A stretch of 60,742 nucleotides of DNA, filler included, from Dimargaris cristalligena (taxonomy: Eukaryota), in NCBI GenBank assembly GCA_003614675.1. It is 7 parts of 7 records of this genome, joined end to end, with 100 filler letters (N's around TTAATTAATTAA, not from the genome) between each part and the next. Parts side by side here need not be neighbours in the genome. Positions count along the whole stretch, not along the records: positions 8,738 to 17,349 come from ML003316.1; positions 17,450 to 26,056 come from ML003317.1; 5 more parts are not named here. One strand, written 5' to 3'. The notes below the pieces were generated by a model. The model was not told the DNA's origin, ran no database searches, and saw only the letters and a program-made list of their open reading frames with translations. Shown in pieces: positions 11,825 to 22,541 of the stretch. A program made the translations under genes and the position numbers. How positions within the stretch are numbered: position 1 is the first letter of the stretch; each line of letters starts with the position of its first letter.

Positions 11825-14800
11825 ATGGACGACCTTTCCGCCGGCGAGCTCCAAGAGCTTCAGGCCAATGAGCTGGCCGCCCTCGAGGCCATTTATATGC
11901 AGGACTTTGAGCGCGTGGAGTCCGCCAGCGTCTGGAAGATCACCGCCCCCGCTCCTGAATTCCGGCTGACCCTACGCCCCCTCGAAACTGACCTCCAGGC
12001 CCAGGTCCACGCCGTGCTCCACGTCCGCTTCCCTAAACTCTACCCCCGCAAGCCCCCGATCGTCGCCCTCGACTCGCACCAGGGCCTGGAGCCCGCCCAA
12101 GTCCACGACCTTCAGGGCCAGATTGCCGATGCTGTCATTGCGTCCACTGGTGGCGAAATGGTCTTTGAATTGGCTACCCTGGTTCAGGAATTCATCACCG
12201 CCCACCATGCCCCACTTAAACCCCCTTCCGCGGGGGCCATCGTCCCCAGCGAATCCGCCCATCACGCCATGGTCCAGCGGGCCGAGCGTATCCGTCAGGC
12301 CGAGCTCGCTCGGGAAGCCGAAGAGCGCCAGCGGCTGCTGCTTCAGGAAAACGAGGCCCGCTTCCACGCCGACCGGGAACTCGAACAGCGTATCCTCCAG
12401 GACCTTGACCTTAAGCGCGCCCTGATATGGAAAGAGCGTCAGAAACAGCAACGCTTCGTTGCTCCGCCCGCCCTGGCCCCGAACCCAACTACCCTGGCCG
12501 AAACGGGTCCCTTGGCATCGTTATCGCACTATTTGGCCCTGACCACTACCGATGGACAGTCCCCCGGGGGCTGGCGGCCCTTGATTGTCCTCTCCACCCC
12601 CGCCCACTTAGGCCCCGACGATAGTCTGGCCAGCTCTTTCCGCACTCTCGTTTGCTCCCCTGCCCTACCCTTCGCCGGGATCGGTTCCCTATGTCCCGCC
12701 ATAGCCCTGGCTGATCCGACCATTCCCGATGATTCAACTTCGTTCAACTCCACCCGGCCCTCTACCTTCTCTCCCACCACGGCTAAACTCGGTCCGGCGG
12801 CCTCACGTCGACCCTCACCCGGGGCCAACTCCCACACTACTTTCCCACTTACCCTTCATCTAATCGAATTCTCTAACCCCCACTATCAGGCCGGGGTCGG
12901 TCTGAAGCGTGTTCTGAAACTCCACAAAGAAATCAACCGGCTTAAAATTCTTCAGCACGAATCCATCGTAGCCGTATTGGACTGTCAGCTGATGGACGAT
13001 TCTGCTGCAGGTTCCCCTCGGTCCCCTCCTCAGTGGCCACTGGATGGGATGAACCAACAGCCTCTTCACGGGCCCCATACTATGAGCCGACGGGGCTATT
13101 CCACCCCCCAAGCGACCTCCGTTCTTCGGTCCGTTCCAACCGCGGTCGGTCCCGGTCTCGCCACCACAGGGCTTTCCCTTTGCGTCCTTATGGAATCGAT
13201 TGGGAACGGAATCACACTAAGCCATGCCCTCCAGTCCTGTGGGCCCCTGGTTTGGTCGCAGGCCAAATACTATGTCAAGCAATTATTGTACAGTCTCGTG
13301 TATATCCATTCCAACGGATTCGTTCATAAAGGTAATTTCCACTGCACCAATGCCCTTTTGTAGAGGGCGATCCTCTACTAATCGTATCCAATACTACTGC
13401 CGGCGCTATATTAGGAATTGGGGTGCACCCGTTTTGATTCGACTAGCCGCCACCTCAGCCACTATGCCCAAAACCAAGTGCTGGGGTATTTTTTTCTTTT
13501 CTCATTAGATGGTCCGCCTCCCTTCTCACATGATTAGCGCGGATGGATTGTCGCCCGGTATCCTGTTTCCTGGTGCCTTGTTTAGTCTCCTTTAACCCTC
13601 ACCACCTCCTCTAAACTGGGTATATTATACACCACTACCCCTTGATTCCCCTCACCTGTCCTTGCAGATATAAGCCCGCATCACATACTCCTGAGCCACA
13701 ATGAGCGGGGTGAGCGCCTTGCCAAGTTCCTGCTTATCAGCTATCACCGTACAGCAATCGACATGAACCTGCAATTCCCCTTCGCTCTAGGAGGCACTGC
13801 AAGTGTTAGTCAATCAGCCACCGGTGCACCGACTTATAACAAAAAATGCGACGTATTCGATCTGGGCCTCGTCGTCCTGGATATGGTTCTAGGACTCGAG
13901 ACCCGGTCTGACAATACACCGGTGGAGGATCGCTACCAGCGGCTAGTCCCATTGGTGCCCCCATCTATGGCCCAGGTCGTCCATAAAATGCTTACCCGAG
14001 ACCGGAGGCAGCAACCCACCGCCCTCGAGCTGCTTGCCGACCCCTTCTTCCGCGAAACGACGGAGGAGAATGTCGAACGGATCCCTGCCCTTTATCTTTT
14101 AGGCGGTAGCTCCGGTCAATGGACCATGGAGACGGGCAGTGCCTCCGGAACCCACACACCCGACAGTCGTTTGGGCAAACCCGATACAGTTGGCCTTGAA
14201 TTACCGAGTCCTTCTCGTGCTTTGGGGATTCTCACTTCTCCCATGATGGCGCCCACTTCCGCTACGGCTATCACGTCCCTGGCCAAGCTACCCCAGCCCG
14301 GTCTACCTTTGGGCCGCCCCATGGTGGGGGACACTCGCCGCCCCCCGACTGCCCGCCGCAGATCCAGTTCATCATCGTATAACAAGCATACCCTATCCCG
14401 TTATCGCTCCGATTTTGAGGAAATCGAGTTCTTAGGAAAGGGTGGGTACGGTGAGGTCGTTAAAGCCCGTAATAAGCTGGACGATCGATTCTACGCCGTT
14501 AAAAAAATTAAATTGGACCCGCGGGATGTCGAGACTAATCGTAAAATCCTACGGGAAGTCACTACGCTATCCCGACTCCACCACGAATATGTAGTCAGAT
14601 ATTACACCACTTGGTTCGAGGATGCCAACGGCGAGTGGGGTAACCATGCGTCGTCATCCGAGGATGGCCTCGGTGGGAGTAGTGATAGTCGGTTATTCGA
14701 GTCCGGCTCGGACTTTGAATCCGATGCCAGCAGTGCGTCCGATATACTAACCAACTCCGCTTTCCACAACGACTTATTGTTTGTTGATGAATCGCATAGC

Positions 14801-17349
14801 AAAAGTATCCCCGGTATTCACTTTGGCCGGATTGGCGGGGAATACAATCGTTCAACCCGATCCCGTCGTCGGGTCCACTCGGCGTCATCGTCGGTCGCAG
14901 CTATAGCGACCAATGCCAGTGCTGCGCCATCACAGAAGTCTCGGCCGCCCGCACTGGAGTCGCGGATGCCCGCTCCCCCCATGTCGCTCACCTCTCGCTT
15001 GGGTCTAATGATGAGCTCCTTTCCCGAGGACTTATCGGAGATTCCGACTGCGCCCAGCTCAAGTGATGAATCCTCGTCCTCCTCCTCCGTCGATGGTATG
15101 GACCTTGCTATCGGCCATAAGGGCCACAGCGATTCTGAGGCACCTTCCAAACCAATGTCCCGACTCCCCTCCTCCAAGTTTTTCTCGGTCTCTCCCGGAC
15201 GCCTTACTTTCGACCCATTGGCCCTTGCTTCGGGCACCAGCTCCTCCGCCTCTACGCCGGTCTCTCCCGCCCCGACCGTCTCTACCACCCCATCATTATT
15301 TTCGGCCGACATTTTATCCGAACGTCGTTCCTCCGGAACCGGCCGAGCCTCTGCCTCCCCACGCATGATCCAACGGGGTGCACGGGGGACCCTGCGGTCC
15401 GCCAAAGATGCTGGAAACATGGCCAGTCCGGCCCGCAATTCCATGCGCCGGGACTACCGGATCCTGTACATCCAGATGGAGTATTGCGAAAAAAATACCC
15501 TACGGGATGCCATCGACCTAGGCCTAAGCCTGGACGAATGCTGGCGCCTCTTCCGACAAATTTTGGAAGGCCTCGTGTATATTCACGCCCAGGGCATGAT
15601 CCACCGTGATTTGAAGCCCAGCAACGTGTTCCTGGATGCCAACGGGGACGTGAAGATTGGCGATTTTGGGCTGGCCACATCGAACCAGACTCAAATCAAT
15701 GCCAGCACCATTCGGTCCCGACATGCGAGTCTCGACCGTGACCCGGAGGACTCCATGACATCGGACATTGGCACGACTCTCTACGTAGCCCCCGAGGTCA
15801 CCCAAAGCCTCAAGGGAGGGGGGTCCCGCTATAACCAGAAAGTGGACATGTACTCCCTGGGAATTATCTTTTTTGAAATGTGCTACCCCTTGCAAACCGG
15901 CATGGAGCGGGTCAAAGTATTACATGATTTACGCCGTGCGGAGGTGGTCTTTCCGTCTGAGTTCCCAGATCATCACTTGGCCAACCAACGCCGGATCATC
16001 GAATGGTTACTGAAGCACAATCCTCGTGACCGGCCCACGAGTCTAGAGCTATTCCAGAGTGACTATCTACCCCCTCGAATGGAAGATGACTATATCCAAG
16101 AGTGCGTTCGTACCATCGCCAACCCCAATACACCCTACTATAACCGGCTCATGTCGGCCCTTTTCGACCAATTCCCAGAGCGGCCCAAGGACTTTACATA
16201 CGATTTTTACTCCGATGTGGCGGATCTGGAGCACACCAATTCAGTGTACTATGATCGGGTACACGACTATCTCAGCCGAATATTCCGCCGGCACGGCGCG
16301 GTGGAAGTGTGCACTCCACTACTAATGCCCCGGCTCGACATTTACGACCAGTTCCAGAAACCTGTCCACGTGATGGATCCTACAGGTACTTTGGTTCAGT
16401 TGCCTTACGATCTAACGCTTCCCTTTGCGCGGTACGTAGCTCGTAACAAAATCCAGGAACTGAAACGGTTCAGTTTTGACAAAATTTACAAGGAAAACCC
16501 AGTGGGGGGCCAACCGCGTCAGGTTTACGAAGTCGATTTTGATAGTGTATGGGCCCACCCAAACAATCCGATTGGTGGTGCCGAGGTGTTCAAAATAGTT
16601 GACGAGATTTTTGAGGATCTGCCCATATACGCCCATAAGCCTCTGATATTCCTCGTGAACCACTCCTGTCTATTGGACACCATATTCGACCACCTGCGCA
16701 TCCCTGAGGACTTGCGACGACCGTGCTGCTCGTTTTTACGCCAGTTGGGGGTATCCCTGTCCATGGTCCAAGTCCGACAGAATCTCATGGCCCACCTTGA
16801 CCTTCCGCGACACGTCCTTGATACTCTAGAGCGCTTTAATATCCAAGGCGACCTGGCCACATTACGCAAGCTGTTCCAGACCCTGATCCCTGCCGACGCC
16901 ACTCGTCTCACCGCTCGTTGGCAGGACGCCCTGGAGGACCTGGGCCGTCTTGAGCTAGCCCTTAACCCCTTTACTCTAAAGCACCGCTGGACCTACTGCC
17001 CCTTGCTGGTCAACAATTACTACTACTATAAGGACCACTTCTTTTTCCAATTTGTGGTGGACAACAAGAAACGCGAGGTGCTCGCTACGGGGGGGCGCTA
17101 CGACAAGCTCGTCCAGTTCTTCCAGGCTCCCACCACCCTATCGAAAGGGGGCGGTGGCAGTGGTAGCGGCGGAGCAGCCCTAAAGGACCGCAGTGCCCCC
17201 CGTCGATTGGCAGTGGCCGCCGCGGGGGTGAACATCGCCATCCAAAAAGTCATTTTCGAAATCGCCAACTACCAGAGCACTTTCCTTCGCTCGTTGTCCC
17301 GCAGTAAACACGACACTGTTCCCCCTAGCTTTGGCCTCTGGGCCCGTAG
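11825..17349 (+). CDS. GCN2: eIF2-alpha kinase GCN2 (exons 11825-13331 and 13668->17349; 3'-truncated by gap)
   Basis: RWD domain (QANELAALEAIY...FPKLYP...GGEMVFEL), then a pseudokinase joined across a GT-AG intron at 13332-13667 (VHK-D-ISPHHIL). Kinase motifs SRYRSDFEEIEFLGKGGYGEV, LYIQMEYCE, IHRDLKPSN, KIGDFGLA. HisRS-like domain (LPYDLTLPFAR, EVDFD, GGRYD). Confidence 0.96.
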
Positions 17350-17449
17350 NNNNNNNNNNNNNNNNNNNNNNNNNNNNNNNNNNNNNNNNNNNNTTAATTA
17401 ATTAANNNNNNNNNNNNNNNNNNNNNNNNNNNNNNNNNNNNNNNNNNNN
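17350..17449. other. Artificial contig linker
   Basis: N44-TTAATTAATTAA-N44. Confidence 0.98.
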
Positions 17450-17899
17450 CACACTTACTAGTTAGTACAAGGGGGGTAAGCATATATAGAGTTTATTGAG
17501 GTAACTATGGGGGTTAGAATAAGCTGTCTGTTAACTGGTCCCAGTGGCGCTGGTTATATATATGTGGGGAACTACTCTAAAGGGAGGTCCACAAAGAACG
17601 GTACTACTAAAACTACAGATGGGTAAACTAGTTAACCAAATGGCATAGGGCATGGAAGGCTCAGCTGGGAACTGGAAGAGTCATTAGATCAGCCCAAGAG
17701 TGATTGATGGAACTCTATTGTCTGGAAAGGGAAGGGCTATATGGTATAAGAGGATCCCATAGTACCAGTGGTGACTGTGGGAGGGTAAATATGGTACTAT
17801 AAGGCCTAATAGGGATGGACAATCATTAAGTCTGGATTTAGGTTGGATTAGGAGGGCTGACATTACCCTCTCCTACTGGAGCCTTGTCCTTGAGGCCCT

Positions 17900-19965
17900 C
17901 AACAAATGGGATAATCTGGTCTCTGGAGACATGTTCCTATTGGTGGCACTTGTTATGTACCACCGGAGTGATGGTATAGGTGATACCACTATGGGTGCCT
18001 TCTATGGAGATGGGGCCTTTGAATGGAGCCTGTAAGGACAGGGGGCCATGTGGGACTTGGACTAGGATGTAGTCACCAATGCAATATTGTGTGGGGTTAG
18101 TAGGCTTAGGACCCAGTTTGTGGTGGATATGTTGGTAGGCTTTACTGAGTCTATTATATAACTCGTCAATATAGGCAGAGCTGGTGGAGGGTTGCAGAGC
18201 ATTGGGCTCAGTGTTTAGGGCAACATCAATAGGCATGTGTGGATCATGGCCATACATCAAGAAGAAGGGTTTGTTAGTAATTACATGGATGTGGGCTGTG
18301 TGATAGGTAAACAAGTGGAGAGTGAGGTGTTAATCCCATTGGGGGTCATCACCAGAGGAATGTTTAGTGATTATATATTTGAGGGTCCCATTGAGGCTTT
18401 CTACAACTCCATTACTCTAGGGATGGTAGGGGATAGCCATTTGATGGACCACCCCTAAGAGTTGCAGGGTTTGCCAGAGGATACTAGCAGTGAACTATTT
18501 GTCATAGTTGGAGATGAGGATCTGGGGGCAATCATGTATGCTGATGATATCTTCAATGAGGAACTGGATAACAGCTTGGGTGGTATGGGGTACAGTGTGC
18601 ACAAAAGGCCAGTGGGTGAAATAGTCAATAGCCACAATGATAAACTTGTTGCCATTCTTGGTCATATTGAAGGGGCCAATAATGTTGATCCCTAGGTGGT
18701 CTAAGGGGCTGGTGAGGGGGGTGACAAGCTGAGCCGGGGGCTGAGGGGTTTGTTAATACTGTTGGTAGGTTTCGTAACCATGGATGTATTCCTTAATGTC
18801 CTTATCCATAGATGGCTAATAGACAGTTTGGCAGAGATGGTGTAGGACTGCTTTAGCTCCCAGGTGACCTGCACCAGGCCTGCTGTGGGTGGAATCTATG
18901 GCAGTAGCTTGGTGGGACTTAGGCAACATGAGGTAGTTCTGCCCACTGGGTCCCTGTTGGTATAGGAGTTGCTCATTAATCACAAATATCTGATTATTTC
19001 TGTGGAATTTGAAGAACATCCAATCTTCTATTCTATCACATAGGTTCTTTACATTAGGGTCTGTCAGTTGATTCTGAAGCATTTGGGCTGGGGGGATGGT
19101 AGCGGAAAAGATGGTGGGCCATGCATTGGTGGACCCAAAACTGGAGGAGCAGCATTCCATCTTGCTCAGAGTGGCAGTTTTTAGTAGGAGGGGGGCTTCA
19201 TATTGTTGGAAGATGAGCTAGGTAATGTGGTCCCCAGGCTGGAAGTGGAATACTTCAGCTATGAGATTGTGCATAAGGACTTGGATTTCCCCATAGAAGT
19301 CAGTGTCTATGTCCCTACCTTGGATAACAATGTGGCATAAGCCCAGGGAGCTGTATTCTCAGATGAGGGCCACCATAGGTAGTTCCATTTGGAGGGCCCA
19401 GCCCGTGGCTACTTTGGTGCATTGGTGGGGTGCAAAGTCAAACTTAGTGATATATGCAAGGTAATAACCTGCAGAACCAGGGGTGGCCTGAGTGGGTAGA
19501 ATTACTTTTGGGTAGCAATATTTGATGGTAAACACAGGGGTGTGGGTTCTGGGACTGATGTGACTGACCAGGGGTTCATCCTGTAAGTCTACTGCCTGTG
19601 GGGTAGCTGACCAGGACAAATCATCAGTGTTATTATGTGCTCAGTCAGGGTGGTGTCAGATAGTGAAGTTGTATTCTTATAAGGCCAGGTACCAGCACTC
19701 AAGTCAGCCTGAATGTGGGGTGGTGGAGCAGAGCTATTTTAGTAGTGCATTATCTGTTTCAATGGTAAAATGCTGTCTGTACAGGTATAGTCAGAACTTT
19801 TTCAGTACAAATAGGATTGCCAGGCACTTGCATTCAGTGATATAGTAGTTTTGTTAAGCCAGATTAGCCTTATGCTAGCAAATGCAATGACATATTTGCA
19901 CCCTTCCTCCTCTTGTGTGAGCATGGCACCCACACCCTTATTTGAAGCATTGTCACAGTGTAGTG
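17900..19965 (-). mobile_element. Decayed Ty3/Gypsy pol fragment: RNase H - dUTPase - integrase
   Basis: Minus-strand translation gives RNase H (ASNKGVGAML...VIAFAS...AILFVLKKF*LYLY...FTIETD...EYNFTI...DDLS, ~19960-19617) and a dUTPase (~19530-19190). These are followed by the integrase His pair (THSRPGAGHLG) and core/C-terminus (PFFLMYGHDPHMPID). Many stops and frameshifts. Confidence 0.85.
19190..19530 (-). pseudogene. Trimeric dUTPase domain inside retrotransposon pol
   Basis: PTQATPGSAGYYL (motif 1, AGxDL), YSSLG (motif 2, RSS/G), GRDIDTDFYGEIQV (motif 3) and PGDHIT*LIF (motif 4, GDRIAQL) are all in one frame, with two stops. Confidence 0.85.
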
Positions 19966-20636
19966 GTATCAAGCTACAAATAGAATAACAAAAATATATC
20001 AAAAGGGCAGGGTAGCTTCTCTAGGCAAACTGGTTTATCACTCAAATGAAGAATATATTAATAAAACTAACTGTATAAAGCTTTTAACCAAAGTAATCTA
20101 ATATGAAAAATACTTATTTGGAAGCTCAAAAGGACCATTTCCTTGGCAACCACAACTTTCAAAGGTATAAAAATCCAAGAAATCCAAAGTAATGGTAAAG
20201 ATAGTTTTATTATAAAGAAAAAGATAGAAGAAAATTGGTACCCAACAATTAATACAAAGAAATTGACACAGAAAAAAAGAGGGAAAAAAGTTTCCCTTAT
20301 ATGTAAAAATATGTATACTAATGCATATACTGATCACTCACATGAGTGTGCCAATCACCCGCATGCATAGCCTGATCATGTGCATCAATGGTGCATATCC
20401 AATCTAAAAAAATGCCAAGACTTTTAGCTCTATAGTAAAAAATGCTAAACCATTCTCTGTATAGGACTGAGAATTATTAAAACTGATAAGCCTGCAGTGA
20501 ACCTGCATAGCCAATTAAAAAGGGAAAGAGAATTCATAAAATAAAACCAATAAAGTAAAGGATAAGAATAAAACCAAAGAGCCACTAATAATCATGCATA
20601 AATATGCATACCTAATTATATAAAAAGGGTAGATTA

Positions 20637-20811
20637 ACTAATAGGGATATATATATAATTAAAGGGAAAATTTGTATAGAAAGAATGGATTAAAGGGGAA
20701 GGGGAAAAAACTGGTTATACTAGAAAAAAAAGCTACTTCATACCCTGTATAATAATACTAATAATAATATAATAAGTATGGCTATAGGGGAAAAGTCCAC
20801 CTTGCCACACC
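20637..20811 (-). repeat. End of an AT-rich DNA-transposon-like repeat (terminus ...CACCTTGCCACACC)
   Basis: Homologous in inverted orientation to 25854-26035. Similarity stops sharply at the GGTGTGGCAAGGTG terminus in both copies. Confidence 0.65.
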
Positions 20812-20867
20812 ATTCCTTCCATGGTACCTTACAGTCCTTTGTAAGGTGCAGGTGGGTCTATGGATAA

Positions 20868-21477
20868 TGTTGGAAAGATAAATATGATGGTAAACATAAG
20901 TACCTTCAATTGCAACTATAAAGATTTAAAGAAGAGAGAAAAAATTGCAAGGGGCAAGGCTAGATGCCAATGGTTGGTTTTATTGAATTAGATAATAGCA
21001 GTAATAATGATTAGGATAAAGTCCCAGGTATAGAATGATATAGTAATGTCTAGAATATAGTCCCGAGTATAGGATAAGCCAATCATAGAGATGGAATCAG
21101 TGGGATGGGGAAATAAATTCCCAACAGATAATAGAGGTACAGAGACTTTCCTTTGAGAGACCATTTGATATGGTCCTCCACCAGAGTCACCTGGTTTTAC
21201 CACTCTTAGTCCATCAAGAGCCCTAAGGATAGGCTTCTTATAGTAGGCAGAGCTTAGACTCAGCTAAGTGGGCTACTAGTATTAGGGTGGGTGTAGTACT
21301 GCAACCGGGGGAGGCATCCACCACTCATGGGCGAGAGGTCAGTCCTCCCCACAGTACATGGTACTTGAGTGAGGAGGAACCAAGGGACCATGTCACGACT
21401 CATCTATCCCCCACCATGGAGGAAGATAGCCCCACCCCAACGGCACAAGAACCACACCTCACCCCAGAGGAATAATA
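20868..21477 (+). repeat. Probable 5' LTR of the downstream Gypsy element
   Basis: Begins TGTT and ends AATAATA (decayed ...AACA), followed by a TGG-initiated PBS-like sequence. Its 3' ~190 bp is similar to 35134-35320 (minus strand), and the similarity ends at this boundary. The 5' boundary is uncertain. Confidence 0.5.
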
Positions 21478-21491
21478 TGGGCCGTCCCGAG
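21478..21491 (+). promoter_or_regulatory. Putative primer-binding site TGGGCCGTCCCGAG
   Basis: TGG start immediately after the inferred LTR end and ~175 bp before gag. Cognate tRNA not identified. Confidence 0.4.
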
Positions 21492-21653
21492 CGACAGACC
21501 AGGATCCAGTGTCTTTCAATAAAATAATTATTAATTTACCTCATTTCTTTAGTTACTTGCCCTACTCGGCCATTAGTTATTTACACTGTTCTCTGGCCCC
21601 ACTCGGCTTAATTGGTTACAAACTTTTTATTGAAAGACCTTTTATAACCCAAC

Positions 21654-22541
21654 ATGTCCACTCCCACCACCAATCCTGCCAGCTGCCCAGCTACCCAGCA
21701 CCGACTCAGTAACCTCCCATCCCAACAGGGACTGCCCTCAGGAGCTCTAGATACCCTCCAAAGAAATGTTAAGCCCTTCACCGGCAAACCGCCAGGCCCC
21801 ACTTGGGAATCATGGAAAACGTCCCTTGAGTCTACCATCCGAGACTACTATCCCCAGATGAGTACTGGGGCCCAGTTCCGCCTGACGATTGCACTTCTCC
21901 AAGATGACATACGTGACCTTGTGATCAAAGCCGGCAAGGACACCATGGAGAACTTTGAGCAGTTCATGAAGGCCACTTACCCAGTCTCACTATGGGCGGA
22001 CTATTACGACACAGCACTACACTCGGGCACTCTATTCAAGGGCCAGAACATCCACGTAGCCTGTACCATAGCTACAGATGCCGCCTGGCAACTGGGAGGC
22101 ACTAGCCACTGGTGTACCCAGGTGACCAAAGCCATGCTGGCCGAGTACCATGCCAACCTGGAGCAGGCCCCCCATGCACTCTGGGACTTTGCCGAGTACA
22201 CTGCAGGAAAGATGGTGGAATGCTTCACAGCTATCACTCAAGCTGTTCTGGCTAGCCAAGCCCGCCAGGCGGCCATACGAACTGCCCCAGGACGAGGTCC
22301 ATCTAGCCAGGAAACCCGGGGACTACCCACTGGAGGTACAAAAGACTCCAACCCCCCATCCACAGACGCAATTGTGGCTGCAGTACTAGTAGCGATGAAA
22401 GTGGAAACCCCTGTGGCAAACTCAAGCAATCGAGGCAGAGCACGATGCCAAAAGGACCGCCAAGCAAAAGAGATAGCCGACCTGAGGGCTGAAAATGAGC
22501 GCCTACAGCAGGCCGCCAATCAACAGCCGGGAAAAGCCTAG
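21654..22541 (+). CDS. Retrotransposon Gag (no CCHC knuckle)
   Basis: Intact 295-aa ORF directly upstream of PR-RT-RH-IN, with a capsid-like VKPFTG...WESW segment and a C-terminal coiled coil. Confidence 0.75.
   Translation: MSTPTTNPASCPATQHRLSNLPSQQGLPSGALDTLQRNVKPFTGKPPGPTWESWKTSLESTIRDYYPQMSTGAQFRLTIALLQDDIRDLVIKAGKDTMENFEQFMKATYPVSLWADYYDTALHSGTLFKGQNIHVACTIATDAAWQLGGTSHWCTQVTKAMLAEYHANLEQAPHALWDFAEYTAGKMVECFTAITQAVLASQARQAAIRTAPGRGPSSQETRGLPTGGTKDSNPPSTDAIVAAVLVAMKVETPVANSSNRGRARCQKDRQAKEIADLRAENERLQQAANQQPGKA
22529..22535 (+). promoter_or_regulatory. -1 ribosomal frameshift slippery heptamer G GGA AAA (gag to pol)
   Basis: X XXY YYZ pattern in the gag frame, one codon before the gag TAG. 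A -1 slip enters the protease frame (GGG AAA AGC CTA GAG GTG...), which has no nearby ATG. Confidence 0.75.
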
